Positions 7,251 through 15,260 are shown, counted from the stretch's first letter. The stretch: DNA of 16,353 nucleotides from a virus (IMGVR_UViG_2585427750_000025:1-16353); one strand, 5' to 3'. Made by a program: numbers and translations. Notes: generated by a model from the letters alone, not told the origin.

Positions 7251-7958
7251 TTATGCCGCCTGTTTTAGTTCATTAACTCTGATGTTCATTACCTGAACGC
7301 ATTTAGCCTGCGCCTCCTCGTTGCCAGCCATTAATTGCCAGTCACGCTGATAACGCTCGATGAGTTTTTTCTTGTCAGTTTCTGTTGACGCATAATCGCT
7401 GAAGTCTTTCAGGATTTGTTCGCAGTCAACCGATGGAGATTTCTGGTTGGTATTTTCTGGTGATGGTTTGTTATCTGATGCTGGGATTGCCCATCCCGGC
7501 AGCGATGGAGGGAGCCAGTAAAATCCTGTTCCATCCTTCAGTTTTGCCCTGTGCCACCCCTGCTTTTTATCGAGAGATGTTTGTGCGAAACCTTCCTCAA
7601 GGTTATACAGATACCGACCGATTCCCCACTGAACGGCAGCGCGCTTCATTGCACCGGAACGACCACCTTTGACGGCTTCTACCTGCGTGTTTTCAGCAGC
7701 ATCCCATTTGGTTACCCATTCGGAATCAATCTTTATTGATATGCCGCATTCAACGCCGCCGTTGTTGGGAATATCGCGGTATTCATTGCGCCATCCTGCT
7801 TTGCCGCAAACATCGTCCAGGCGTTTCATGATTGCCCGGTTCGTGACATAAGCCAGCACCATAGCCCACACTTTGCCATCGCGTGTTTTACCGCTTTGCT
7901 GTATTCGCCATTCGATATCTTCAGGGCTGAATGGCTCATCGAATTTATTCAAATCCAT
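7251..7958 (-). CDS. Single-strand annealing protein, Rad52/Sak-like (tentative family), 235 aa
   Basis: In the bet/erf position directly upstream of ssb (stop TAA abuts the ssb ATG); N-terminal region resembles Rad52/22-family annealing proteins; GAGGTG RBS before ATG at 7958. Confidence 0.5.
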   Translation of the reverse strand: MDLNKFDEPFSPEDIEWRIQQSGKTRDGKVWAMVLAYVTNRAIMKRLDDVCGKAGWRNEYRDIPNNGGVECGISIKIDSEWVTKWDAAENTQVEAVKGGRSGAMKRAAVQWGIGRYLYNLEEGFAQTSLDKKQGWHRAKLKDGTGFYWLPPSLPGWAIPASDNKPSPENTNQKSPSVDCEQILKDFSDYASTETDKKKLIERYQRDWQLMAGNEEAQAKCVQVMNIRVNELKQAA

Positions 7959-8057
7959 AATTCACCTCAGAATGGACACGGCCCAAGGAAATAACGCTGA
8001 TTTAATACTTCGACTCGGGACAAATTAAGGCATACCCGCATTCCTTCGCGGTCACCA

Positions 8058-8216
8058 TTATGGCGATACCAGAGAGCTTTCTGCGTGTACATGCGTCTCT
8101 GTAACTTGCTCTCCTTCACTGTGGTTGCAAGTGACATGAATATCTCCTTCGTTACCGATTAATTCTTTCATCTGACGAATGAATTCTTCGTCTGACCAGT
8201 TATCTGTAAAACTCAT
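8058..8216 (-). CDS. Small hypothetical protein, 52 aa, in the kil position
   Basis: ATG at 8216 overlaps the CIII-like stop (ATGA); sits between cIII and the recombination genes as kil does in lambda; no sequence similarity to lambda Kil recognised. Confidence 0.35.
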   Translation of the reverse strand: MSFTDNWSDEEFIRQMKELIGNEGDIHVTCNHSEGEQVTETHVHAESSLVSP

Positions 8217-8383
8217 GGACGGCCTTGTTGTTTCAAAATATCCCAAAGCTTTTCGAGCAAACTTTTCATTCTTGGTTGTTTAAAGTCTGCTCCGGTTAAA
8301 ATATTTTTTCGTGAATGCTGTACCGATAAAATCGGGTTGAAAGGGCGAACCAATGCCGCCCCTGCAATAGCGAACTGTTGCAT
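8213..8383 (-). CDS. cIII: CIII-like protein (candidate FtsH/HflB inhibitor), 56 aa
   Basis: Internal ATG at 8383 with AAGGAG RBS (6 nt spacer); product MQQFAIAGAAL...LLEKLWDILKQQGRP resembles lambda CIII (MQYAIAG ... LLERI...ILNQPG) and occupies the cIII position. Confidence 0.6.
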   Translation of the reverse strand: MQQFAIAGAALVRPFNPILSVQHSRKNILTGADFKQPRMKSLLEKLWDILKQQGRP

Positions 8384-8445
8384 AGGATGCTCCTTCTGTT
8401 TGAATGCATAACGAAAACGCCTCGAGTGAAGCGTTATTGGTATGC

Positions 8446-8473
8446 ATATAAAAAGGCCCTCACACTGGAGGGC
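8446..8473 (-). terminator. Putative rho-independent terminator upstream of cIII in the pL operon
   Basis: Stem gccctc (8456-8461) / gagggc (8468-8473), loop acactg; followed on the minus strand by TTTTTATA. Confidence 0.4.
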
Positions 8474-8591
8474 AAAGAAGATTTCCAATAATCAGAACAA
8501 GTCGGCTCCTGTTTAGTTACGAGCGACATTGCTCCGTGTATTCACTCGTTGGAATGAATACACAGTGCAGTGTTTATTCTGTTGTTTATGC

Positions 8592-8617
8592 CAAAAATAA
8601 AGGCCGACTATTCGGCC
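8592..8617 (-). terminator. Putative rho-independent terminator (tL1-like position) overlapping the stop codon of the post-N gene
   Basis: Stem ggccga (8602-8607) / tcggcc (8612-8617), loop ctat; followed on the minus strand by TTTATTTTTG; the TAG stop of the 107-aa gene lies inside the hairpin. Confidence 0.45.
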
Positions 8618-8931
8618 TTATCTACATTCCTGAACCAAACGCAGATCGGACCGTCTTCTGTATCGTGAATCGAACCGACAAACCATCCTTCTCCATCTGG
8701 CATGCTTGGCTCCCATCCACTGATGTTTTGATTCCCATCTTCAAAATACGCGTCAATTACCGTTTGATTGTTGTCGTTTTCCATTTCAACAATTGATGAT
8801 TCAATGCCATGCTGCTTGCAGAAAGATCTGAACTCATCAGCTGAAATTACCTCTCTATCCCCAAACAGGTTGGCGTATTCTGGGTGCGTCCAGTAGCCAT
8901 CCTCGCTTCGCTCTACTACTAATGCTTCCAT
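8608..8931 (-). CDS. Highly acidic hypothetical protein, 107 aa, immediately downstream of N
   Basis: ATG at 8931 with GAGGTGAG RBS, 8 nt after the N stop; roughly 24 Asp/Glu against 6 Lys/Arg by manual count. Confidence 0.55.
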   Translation of the reverse strand: MEALVVERSEDGYWTHPEYANLFGDREVISADEFRSFCKQHGIESSIVEMENDNNQTVIDAYFEDGNQNISGWEPSMPDGEGWFVGSIHDTEDGPICVWFRNVDKAE

Positions 8932-8939
8932 ATCTCACC

Positions 8940-9266
8940 TCAAATAAGTGGTTTGCTGCCTAATTTCATTTTCTGGCGACCAACACAAGTCACACCCATT
9001 TCACTGCGTGGCTTGCTGTACCATGTGCGCTGATTCTTGCGCTCAATACGTTGCAGGTTGCTTTCAATCTGTTCGTGGTATTCAGCCAGCGCCGTAAGGT
9101 CTATCGGATTCAGTGCGCTTTCTACTCGTGATTTCGGTTTGCGATTCAGCGAGAGAATAGGGCGGTTAACTGGCTTTGCGCTTACCCCAACCAACAGGGG
9201 ATTTGCTGCTTTCCATTGAGCCTGTTTTTCTGCGCGACGTTCGCGGCGGCGTGTTTGTGCATCCAT
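8940..9266 (-). CDS. N: Antitermination protein N (lambda-type), 108 aa
   Basis: Product from internal ATG at 9266 begins MDAQTRRRERRAEKQAQWKAANPLLVGVSAKPVNRPILSLNRKPKSRVESALNPIDLT, matching lambda N including the arginine-rich boxB-binding motif. Confidence 0.9.
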   Translation of the reverse strand: MDAQTRRRERRAEKQAQWKAANPLLVGVSAKPVNRPILSLNRKPKSRVESALNPIDLTALAEYHEQIESNLQRIERKNQRTWYSKPRSEMGVTCVGRQKMKLGSKPLI

Positions 9267-9438
9267 CTGGATTCTCCTGTCAGTTAGCTTTGGTGGTGTG
9301 GTAGGTGGGAGACCCATTTCGACCTGCTTCGGCCGACTTCAATTCGGCAATAGTTCCGCAGGCCTCGCCGCTTTACGTGCGACATATTCCCATCCATGAA
9401 CCCTTCACCACACCCCAAAGCCTTCTGCTTTGAATGCT

Positions 9439-9469
9439 GCCCTTCTTCAGGGCTTAATTTTTAAGAGCA
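9439..9469 (-). promoter_or_regulatory. nutL site (boxA GCTCTTAA and boxB GCCCTGAAGAAGGGC)
   Basis: Minus strand reads GCTCTTAAAAATTAAGCCCTGAAGAAGGGCAGC, the lambda nutL sequence; boxB is a 5-bp stem with GAAGA loop. Confidence 0.85.
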
Positions 9470-9508
9470 TCACCTTCATGGTGGTCAGTGCGTCCTGCTG
9501 ATGGCTTA

Positions 9509-9581
9509 AAATTACAAGAAAGATTGTATGTTGTAAACAAGAAATATTGTAAAAAGGGGCGTGAAAAACAAACTCCATTGT
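9509..9581 (-). promoter_or_regulatory. pL promoter with three 434-type operators (OL, ACAA-N6-TTGT)
   Basis: 14-bp operators at 9514-9527, 9537-9550 and 9568-9581; minus-strand -35 TTTACA (9532-9537), 17-bp spacer, -10 TAATTT (9509-9514); lambda-like leader ATCAGCAGGACGCACTGACC starts near 9502. Confidence 0.65.
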
Positions 9582-9630
9582 TTTTAAATGAAAAATAGTT
9601 TGTTTTTGGTTATCGAGATTGAGGTGGGGA

Positions 9631-10983
<1,353 letters not shown>

Positions 10984-10991
10984 GACATTTC

Positions 10992-11023
10992 CGCTCTTAC
11001 ACATCCCAGCCCTGAAAAAGGGC
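10992..11023 (+). promoter_or_regulatory. nutR site (boxA CGCTCTTAC and boxB GCCCTGAAAAAGGGC)
   Basis: Lambda nutR boxA at 10992-11000 and boxB at 11009-11023; the downstream leader up to the cII ATG is near-identical to lambda (tR1 region). Confidence 0.9.
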
Positions 11024-11102
11024 ATCAAATTAAACCACACCTATGGTGTATGCATTTATTTGCATACATTCAATCAATTGTTATCTAAGGAAATACTTAC
11101 AT

Positions 11103-11381
11103 ATGCAACTTACAAGTACTCGCAAGAAAGCGAATGCAATTACAAGCAACATCCTAAATCGAATTGCTGTACGTGGTCAGCGAAAGGTTGCTGATGCATT
11201 AGGGATCAATGAATCGCAAATTTCGCGATGGAAAGACAGCTTTATCCCAAAGATGGCCATGCTTCTGGCTGTGCTGGAGTGGGGTGTTGAAGACGAGGAA
11301 TTAGCGGAGCTGGCAAAGAAAGTAGCCATGGTGCTGACAAAAGAAAAGCCTCAAGACTGCGGCAACAGTTTTGAGGCCTGA
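11103..11381 (+). CDS. cII: CII-like transcriptional activator, 92 aa
   Basis: ATG at 11103 in the lambda cII context (TAAGGAAATACTTACATATG); product shares the HTH and SQISRWK ... MLLAVLEWGV core with lambda CII but diverges at both ends. Confidence 0.75.
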   Translation: MQLTSTRKKANAITSNILNRIAVRGQRKVADALGINESQISRWKDSFIPKMAMLLAVLEWGVEDEELAELAKKVAMVLTKEKPQDCGNSFEA

Positions 11382-11415
11382 TGTAGAAAGACTGGATCAA
11401 TCCACAGGAGTAATT

Positions 11416-11577
11416 ATGACAAAACGTCGTAAGAAATACCAGGAAAAAGAAGAGATTCGACACCCTGATTCACCTGAGGGATTAGTGGTAGCCGCAGCAA
11501 ATAACAGGGCGTTCGCAGAGCGCCTTGTTGGTGTTTACAGACTAGCCAAAGCAGGAGTGAAACATGGGCGTCGTTAA
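11416..11577 (+). CDS. Small basic ORF in the lambda O start context, 53 aa (separate gene or frameshifted initiator N-terminus)
   Basis: ATG at 11416 preceded by CACAGGAGTAATT, almost the same context as the lambda O start; overlaps the initiator ORF by 14 nt in another frame. Confidence 0.3.
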   Translation: MTKRRKKYQEKEEIRHPDSPEGLVVAAANNRAFAERLVGVYRLAKAGVKHGRR

Positions 11578-12454
11578 GTTAGCTGATTACAGGCATAACC
11601 CTGTAAAACATCAGGAGGCATCCAGTATGGGGTATGTCTCTATACACCGCCAGTTTATGGACAGCAGGCTCTATAAGGACTCTCAGGCAGTACATCTTTG
11701 GCTTCACTTAATCCTCAAGGCTAATCACGAATCTACTGTCGTCAATACGGATATCGGTCCGATAACTGTTGATCGCGGTCAGATGATAACTGGACGCCCG
11801 TCGCTGGTCAGAGAAACATTCATCCCCGACAACAAAGTTCGGAGCTTATTACGGACTTTTGAGTCGAAAGGGATGCTTAATATTTCCTCGATGGGGAAGA
11901 AATTTAGCCTGTTTACAATCGTTAAATATGACGATTTTCAGGCAAAAAATTGTCCAACGGTTGTCCAACGGTTGTCCAACGCAAACACCAGTAATGGCGC
12001 GGCTCTCAGCGGAGATTGTCCAACGGTTGTCCAACGGTTGTCCATAAACAATAATATAAATAATATCTCTAATACTGACGTATTAGAGAGTGCCACAGCA
12101 GACAAAAAGTCTGACAAGAAAAAACCTTCCGTTAGCTGTCAGGATGTTGTCGATGCTTACCACGAAATCCTTCCTGAAGCGCCAAGAATCCGCGCACTGA
12201 ATGACAAGCGTAAAAACCAGATCCGAACGTTCTGGCGCAAAGCCGGAGTGATAACCCGCCAGCTTGACGGGCATGGGTTCACGATGCAGGACTGGAGAAA
12301 TTATTTGAGCTACGTAGGAGAAAATTGCCGATGGATGTTCGAAGAGCGCCCAAACCATCAACGCGGAACTGTCTGGCACAAAAAGGGATTTGATTTCCTG
12401 CTTAACGATAATACCTACCTGAAAGTTCGTGAGGGTGAACACGATGACCGATAA
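11564..12454 (+). CDS. Replication initiator (O-like), 296 aa, with origin iterons inside the gene; alternative start at 11627
   Basis: Occupies the O position after cII; N-terminal DNA-binding-like domain, low-complexity linker encoded by the iterons, C-terminal domain; stop overlaps the helicase start by 11 nt. Confidence 0.6.
   Translation: MGVVKLADYRHNPVKHQEASSMGYVSIHRQFMDSRLYKDSQAVHLWLHLILKANHESTVVNTDIGPITVDRGQMITGRPSLVRETFIPDNKVRSLLRTFESKGMLNISSMGKKFSLFTIVKYDDFQAKNCPTVVQRLSNANTSNGAALSGDCPTVVQRLSINNNINNISNTDVLESATADKKSDKKKPSVSCQDVVDAYHEILPEAPRIRALNDKRKNQIRTFWRKAGVITRQLDGHGFTMQDWRNYLSYVGENCRWMFEERPNHQRGTVWHKKGFDFLLNDNTYLKVREGEHDDR
11950..12048 (+). repeat. Origin iterons: six copies of TTGTCCAACGG in two triplets (11950-11982 and 12016-12048)
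   Basis: Direct 11-bp repeats (third copy of each set slightly degenerate) separated by about 33 bp, inside the initiator gene; encode the repeated peptide CPTVVQRLS. Confidence 0.7.
12049..12090 (+). promoter_or_regulatory. AT-rich stretch next to the iterons (candidate DNA unwinding element)
   Basis: aaacaataatataaataatatctctaatactgacgtatta immediately right of the iterons, as in lambda ori. Confidence 0.5.
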
Positions 12455-13880
12455 TTTTTATGCGCCGCCCCATAGCATCGAGGCAGAGCAGGCGGTGATT
12501 GGTGGATTGCTTCTGGATGATGACAGCAGTGAGCGCGTCCAGAAAGTTCTGGCGATGCTGAAGCCTGATTCATTTTACAGCCGACCACACAAAATCCTTT
12601 TCGAAGAAATAACCAGAATGCACCGGGAGCAAAAGCCAGTAGATGGCCTGACGCTTTTCGATGAACTGGATCGCAAATCGTTAACGGTGTCTGTTGGCGG
12701 TTTTGCTTATATCGCTGAGATCGCAAAGAACACGCCAAGCGCCGCAAACATCGTTGCCTATGCAATGCAGGTTCGCGAAACCGCAATGGAACGCTACGCC
12801 ATCAACCGCATGACTGAAGCGACGGAATTGCTCTATTCCCGCAACGGAATGACTGCAACGCAGAAGTACGAAGCTATTCAGGCGATTTTCACGCAACTGA
12901 CAGACCATGCAAAAACCGGATCGCGTCGCGGCCTTCGCTCATTTGGTGAGGTAATGGAAGACTGGGTTAGCGACCTTGAGAAGCGATTTGACCCGTCAGG
13001 CGAACAACGAGGAATGAGCACAGGGATCCCATCGCTGGACAGGATGCTGTCACCGAAAGGTCTGGTGAAAGGCTCTCTGTTTGTCATTGGCGCTCGCCCT
13101 AAGATGGGGAAAACGACGCTATACAGCCAGATGGCAATCAACTGCGCAGTGCATGAGAAAAAGCCCGCTCTGATGTTCAGCCTTGAAATGCCCGGTGACC
13201 AGATACTGGAAAAACTGGTAGGACAGAAGTCAGGTGTTAACCCGAATATTTTTTACCTTCCGGCGACAAATGACGCTGATGACGGCTATCAGGGTGATTA
13301 CGATGGTGACTTCAACAGGGCGATCGAAACAGCCAATCGCTTGAGTGAAATCGACATGCTTTACATCGACGACACGCCGGGATTATCTCTGGCTCAAATC
13401 GTCAGCGAAAGCCGTCGAATCAAGCGAGAAAAAGGATGTGTTGGCATGATTCTGGTCGATTACCTGACACTAATGACCGCTGAGAAGGCCGATCGCAACG
13501 ACCTTGCTTACGGCATGATCACCAAAGGACTGAAGAACCTTGCCAAAGAGCTTGATTGCGTTGTTGTGCTTCTGACGCAGCTTAACCGCGCACTGGAAAG
13601 CCGAACCAATAAACGCCCATTACCAAGTGACTCACGAGATACAGGGCAGATTGAACAGGATTGCGATTATTGGGTTGGGATCCATCGTGAAGGCGCTTTT
13701 GATGACAGTGTTCCACCTGGTGAAACCGAACTAATCCTTCGTCTCAATCGTCATGGCAATACCGGCACGGTGTATTGCATTCAGGCAAATGGCGCTATTT
13801 ATGACACAGACCAACAGTCTGCTGAAATGCGCCGACGTGAACGCGAGGAACCGCAGTCCAAGAAGAAAGGAGGATTCTGA
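12444..13880 (+). CDS. DnaB-family replicative DNA helicase (P22 gene 12-like), 478 aa
   Basis: N-terminal DnaB-like domain (HSIEAEQAVIGGLLLD), Walker A GARPKMGKTT, Walker B-like MILVDYLTLM; ATG at 12444 with GAGGGTG RBS. Confidence 0.85.
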   Translation: MTDNFYAPPHSIEAEQAVIGGLLLDDDSSERVQKVLAMLKPDSFYSRPHKILFEEITRMHREQKPVDGLTLFDELDRKSLTVSVGGFAYIAEIAKNTPSAANIVAYAMQVRETAMERYAINRMTEATELLYSRNGMTATQKYEAIQAIFTQLTDHAKTGSRRGLRSFGEVMEDWVSDLEKRFDPSGEQRGMSTGIPSLDRMLSPKGLVKGSLFVIGARPKMGKTTLYSQMAINCAVHEKKPALMFSLEMPGDQILEKLVGQKSGVNPNIFYLPATNDADDGYQGDYDGDFNRAIETANRLSEIDMLYIDDTPGLSLAQIVSESRRIKREKGCVGMILVDYLTLMTAEKADRNDLAYGMITKGLKNLAKELDCVVVLLTQLNRALESRTNKRPLPSDSRDTGQIEQDCDYWVGIHREGAFDDSVPPGETELILRLNRHGNTGTVYCIQANGAIYDTDQQSAEMRRREREEPQSKKKGGF

Positions 13881-13907
13881 TGACCATCTACATCACTGAG
13901 CTTGTAA

Positions 13908-13940
13908 CAGGCCTGCTGGTAATCGCAGGCCTTTTTATTT
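13908..13940 (+). terminator. Rho-independent terminator downstream of the helicase gene (tR2-like position)
   Basis: Perfect 8-bp stem aggcctgc (13909-13916) / gcaggcct (13925-13932), 8-nt loop, followed by TTTTTATTT. Confidence 0.7.
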
Positions 13941-13955
13941 GGGGGAGGGTAAATC

Positions 13956-14162
13956 GTGGTTGAGTTTATGCTCGTCGCACTCAAATTCGTTGGCGTTGGA
14001 TGGATTCTTCTGACGTTTTTTATTTTTCTGCATAGCTACATTCGCCTTGTGAATGACGGTAAAGATCCATGGTATACGTTGTTTGGCGCTGCATTTGTCT
14101 GGGTGATTATCGGTGTTATGCCTGTCGCTGTAGCAAAAATGGCGTGGCGTTTTGTGAGTTGA
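13956..14162 (+). CDS. Small predicted membrane protein, 68 aa (GTG start; alternative ATG at 13968)
   Basis: Two hydrophobic segments; GGAGGG RBS 6 nt upstream of GTG at 13956; first gene after the terminator. Confidence 0.45.
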   Translation: MVEFMLVALKFVGVGWILLTFFIFLHSYIRLVNDGKDPWYTLFGAAFVWVIIGVMPVAVAKMAWRFVS

Positions 14163-14179
14163 ACTGAGGGTAAGTATCG

Positions 14180-14446
14180 ATGGACGAATCAAGAAAGCAG
14201 TTTGAAGAATGGTTTGAAAATTACACCGGATGTGATCCTAAAAATAAAATATACGCCAATATGGTTGAGATGTATTGGCAAGCGTGGCAGGCATCGCGAG
14301 CAGCTATCGAGATTGAGTGTCCTGGAAAAAGAGAGCGTGAGGCATTTTCTACCGATTTCGAGGATGGGGTCACATTTGGTTATAACGACGCAATTAGTGA
14401 ATGCGAAGGACGGATTCGCGCTGCTGGAGTCAAAGTGAAGGGGTGA
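14180..14446 (+). CDS. Hypothetical nin-region protein, paralog A, 88 aa
   Basis: Begins MDESRKQFEE and shares WQASRAAIE and IRAAG motifs with paralog B; GAGGG RBS 9 nt upstream. Confidence 0.5.
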   Translation: MDESRKQFEEWFENYTGCDPKNKIYANMVEMYWQAWQASRAAIEIECPGKREREAFSTDFEDGVTFGYNDAISECEGRIRAAGVKVKG

Positions 14447-14448
14447 GC

Positions 14449-14634
14449 ATGAGTCGACGAAGTAGCTTTTTGGGGTTTGTAATATTCCTGTTCTGCACTG
14501 GTTACATCGTAATCTGGTCAATTTCGAACATTGACCGTGGCGGGGAATATCTCATTGTAATGTTCTTTCCTTTGTTTCTTGGGTGGTACGCCGCAAGGTT
14601 GCTGGAAGAATGGGGTTACAGGCATAAAAAATAA
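14449..14634 (+). CDS. Small predicted membrane protein, 61 aa (internal ATG of the 77-aa track ORF)
   Basis: ATG at 14449, 2 nt after the paralog A stop, preceded by GAAGGGG; two hydrophobic segments and a basic C-terminus. Confidence 0.4.
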   Translation: MSRRSSFLGFVIFLFCTGYIVIWSISNIDRGGEYLIVMFFPLFLGWYAARLLEEWGYRHKK

Positions 14635-14693
14635 AGGAGTGTTCAGTGAAGCAAACCCTTTTTTATTGGATTAAGAGCGAGTGGTAAGTACCG

Positions 14694-14876
14694 ATGGTAA
14701 ATGCATTTATTTGTAGTTTATTTCTTGTCGCGATTTTTCATGGATTCCTTCTGATGATGAGTTTTGTTCTCTGGAATAATGGATATCGCATATTGGGAGT
14801 AGGTTTTGTTTTACGGTTTTCAGTTGTCTGCGCGTTGCTACCGATAATTATGGCGACTATCAAATATTATTGGTAA
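14694..14876 (+). CDS. Small predicted membrane protein, 60 aa
   Basis: Two hydrophobic segments; start lies in the junction motif GGTAAGTACCGATGG also found before paralog A; weak RBS. Confidence 0.35.
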   Translation: MVNAFICSLFLVAIFHGFLLMMSFVLWNNGYRILGVGFVLRFSVVCALLPIIMATIKYYW

Positions 14877-14903
14877 CCCAAAAAATCATCGATGGAGAGT
14901 GAT

Positions 14904-15260
14904 ATGGACGAATCAAGAAAGCAGTTTGAGGAATACGTTGCCAAAAAATTGAGATTACCATTCGAGATGATAACCGAGGCAAGAAATGGTGATAGGTACT
15001 TCGCATTTTCAAGCATGGATATTCGTCACTCCTTAAATGAGTGGTGGACTTTATGGCAGGCATCGCGAGCAGCTATTGAACTGGATATCGACTGGCCAGA
15101 ATCGAATGACGACTTTTGGAAAGATGGTGAAGAAGGTGCTTATGCGATGGGTTATGAGGATGGGCGTGACAAAACGGTAATTGCAGTAATGAAAGCTATC
15201 AGAGCCGCTGGAATTAAAGAGAAGAATTTCGATGAAGCAAACAATCTTCCTCCGAAGTAA
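14904..15260 (+). CDS. Hypothetical nin-region protein, paralog B, 118 aa (start at second ATG)
   Basis: ATG at 14904 preceded by GGAGAG; first 26 nt identical to paralog A; the upstream in-frame ATG at 14892 lacks an RBS. Confidence 0.5.
   Translation: MDESRKQFEEYVAKKLRLPFEMITEARNGDRYFAFSSMDIRHSLNEWWTLWQASRAAIELDIDWPESNDDFWKDGEEGAYAMGYEDGRDKTVIAVMKAIRAAGIKEKNFDEANNLPPK

Noticed and set aside
8213-8488. 91-aa version of the CIII-like ORF
   Set aside because: The upstream 35 codons have no RBS and run through a terminator-like hairpin; the internal ATG at 8383 has a strong AAGGAG RBS and gives a CIII-sized product.
8536-8796. Plus-strand ORF 8536..8796 (86 aa)
   Set aside because: Antisense to the acidic post-N gene and starts inside the inverted repeat and terminator region; no RBS.
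11950-12048. Iteron direct repeats considered as a CRISPR array
   Set aside because: The repeats are only 11 bp, tandem without unique spacers of CRISPR size, lie inside a coding gene and sit next to an AT-rich stretch; this is a replication origin, not CRISPR.
12415-13141. Minus-strand ORFs 12415..12786, 12681..12908 and 12878..13141
   Set aside because: Antisense to the DnaB-type helicase gene, which has clear Walker motifs; no RBS support.
13799-14521. Minus-strand ORFs 13799..13984, 13935..14192 and 14189..14521 and plus-strand ORF 14202..14438
   Set aside because: They overlap the plus-strand nin-region genes and the terminator in alternative frames, and the minus strand would read against the pR operon.
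14892-14903. Upstream ATG at 14892 as the start of paralog B (MESDMDESRK...)
   Set aside because: No RBS precedes 14892, whereas the ATG at 14904 has GGAGAG upstream and gives the same MDESRKQFEE N-terminus as paralog A.
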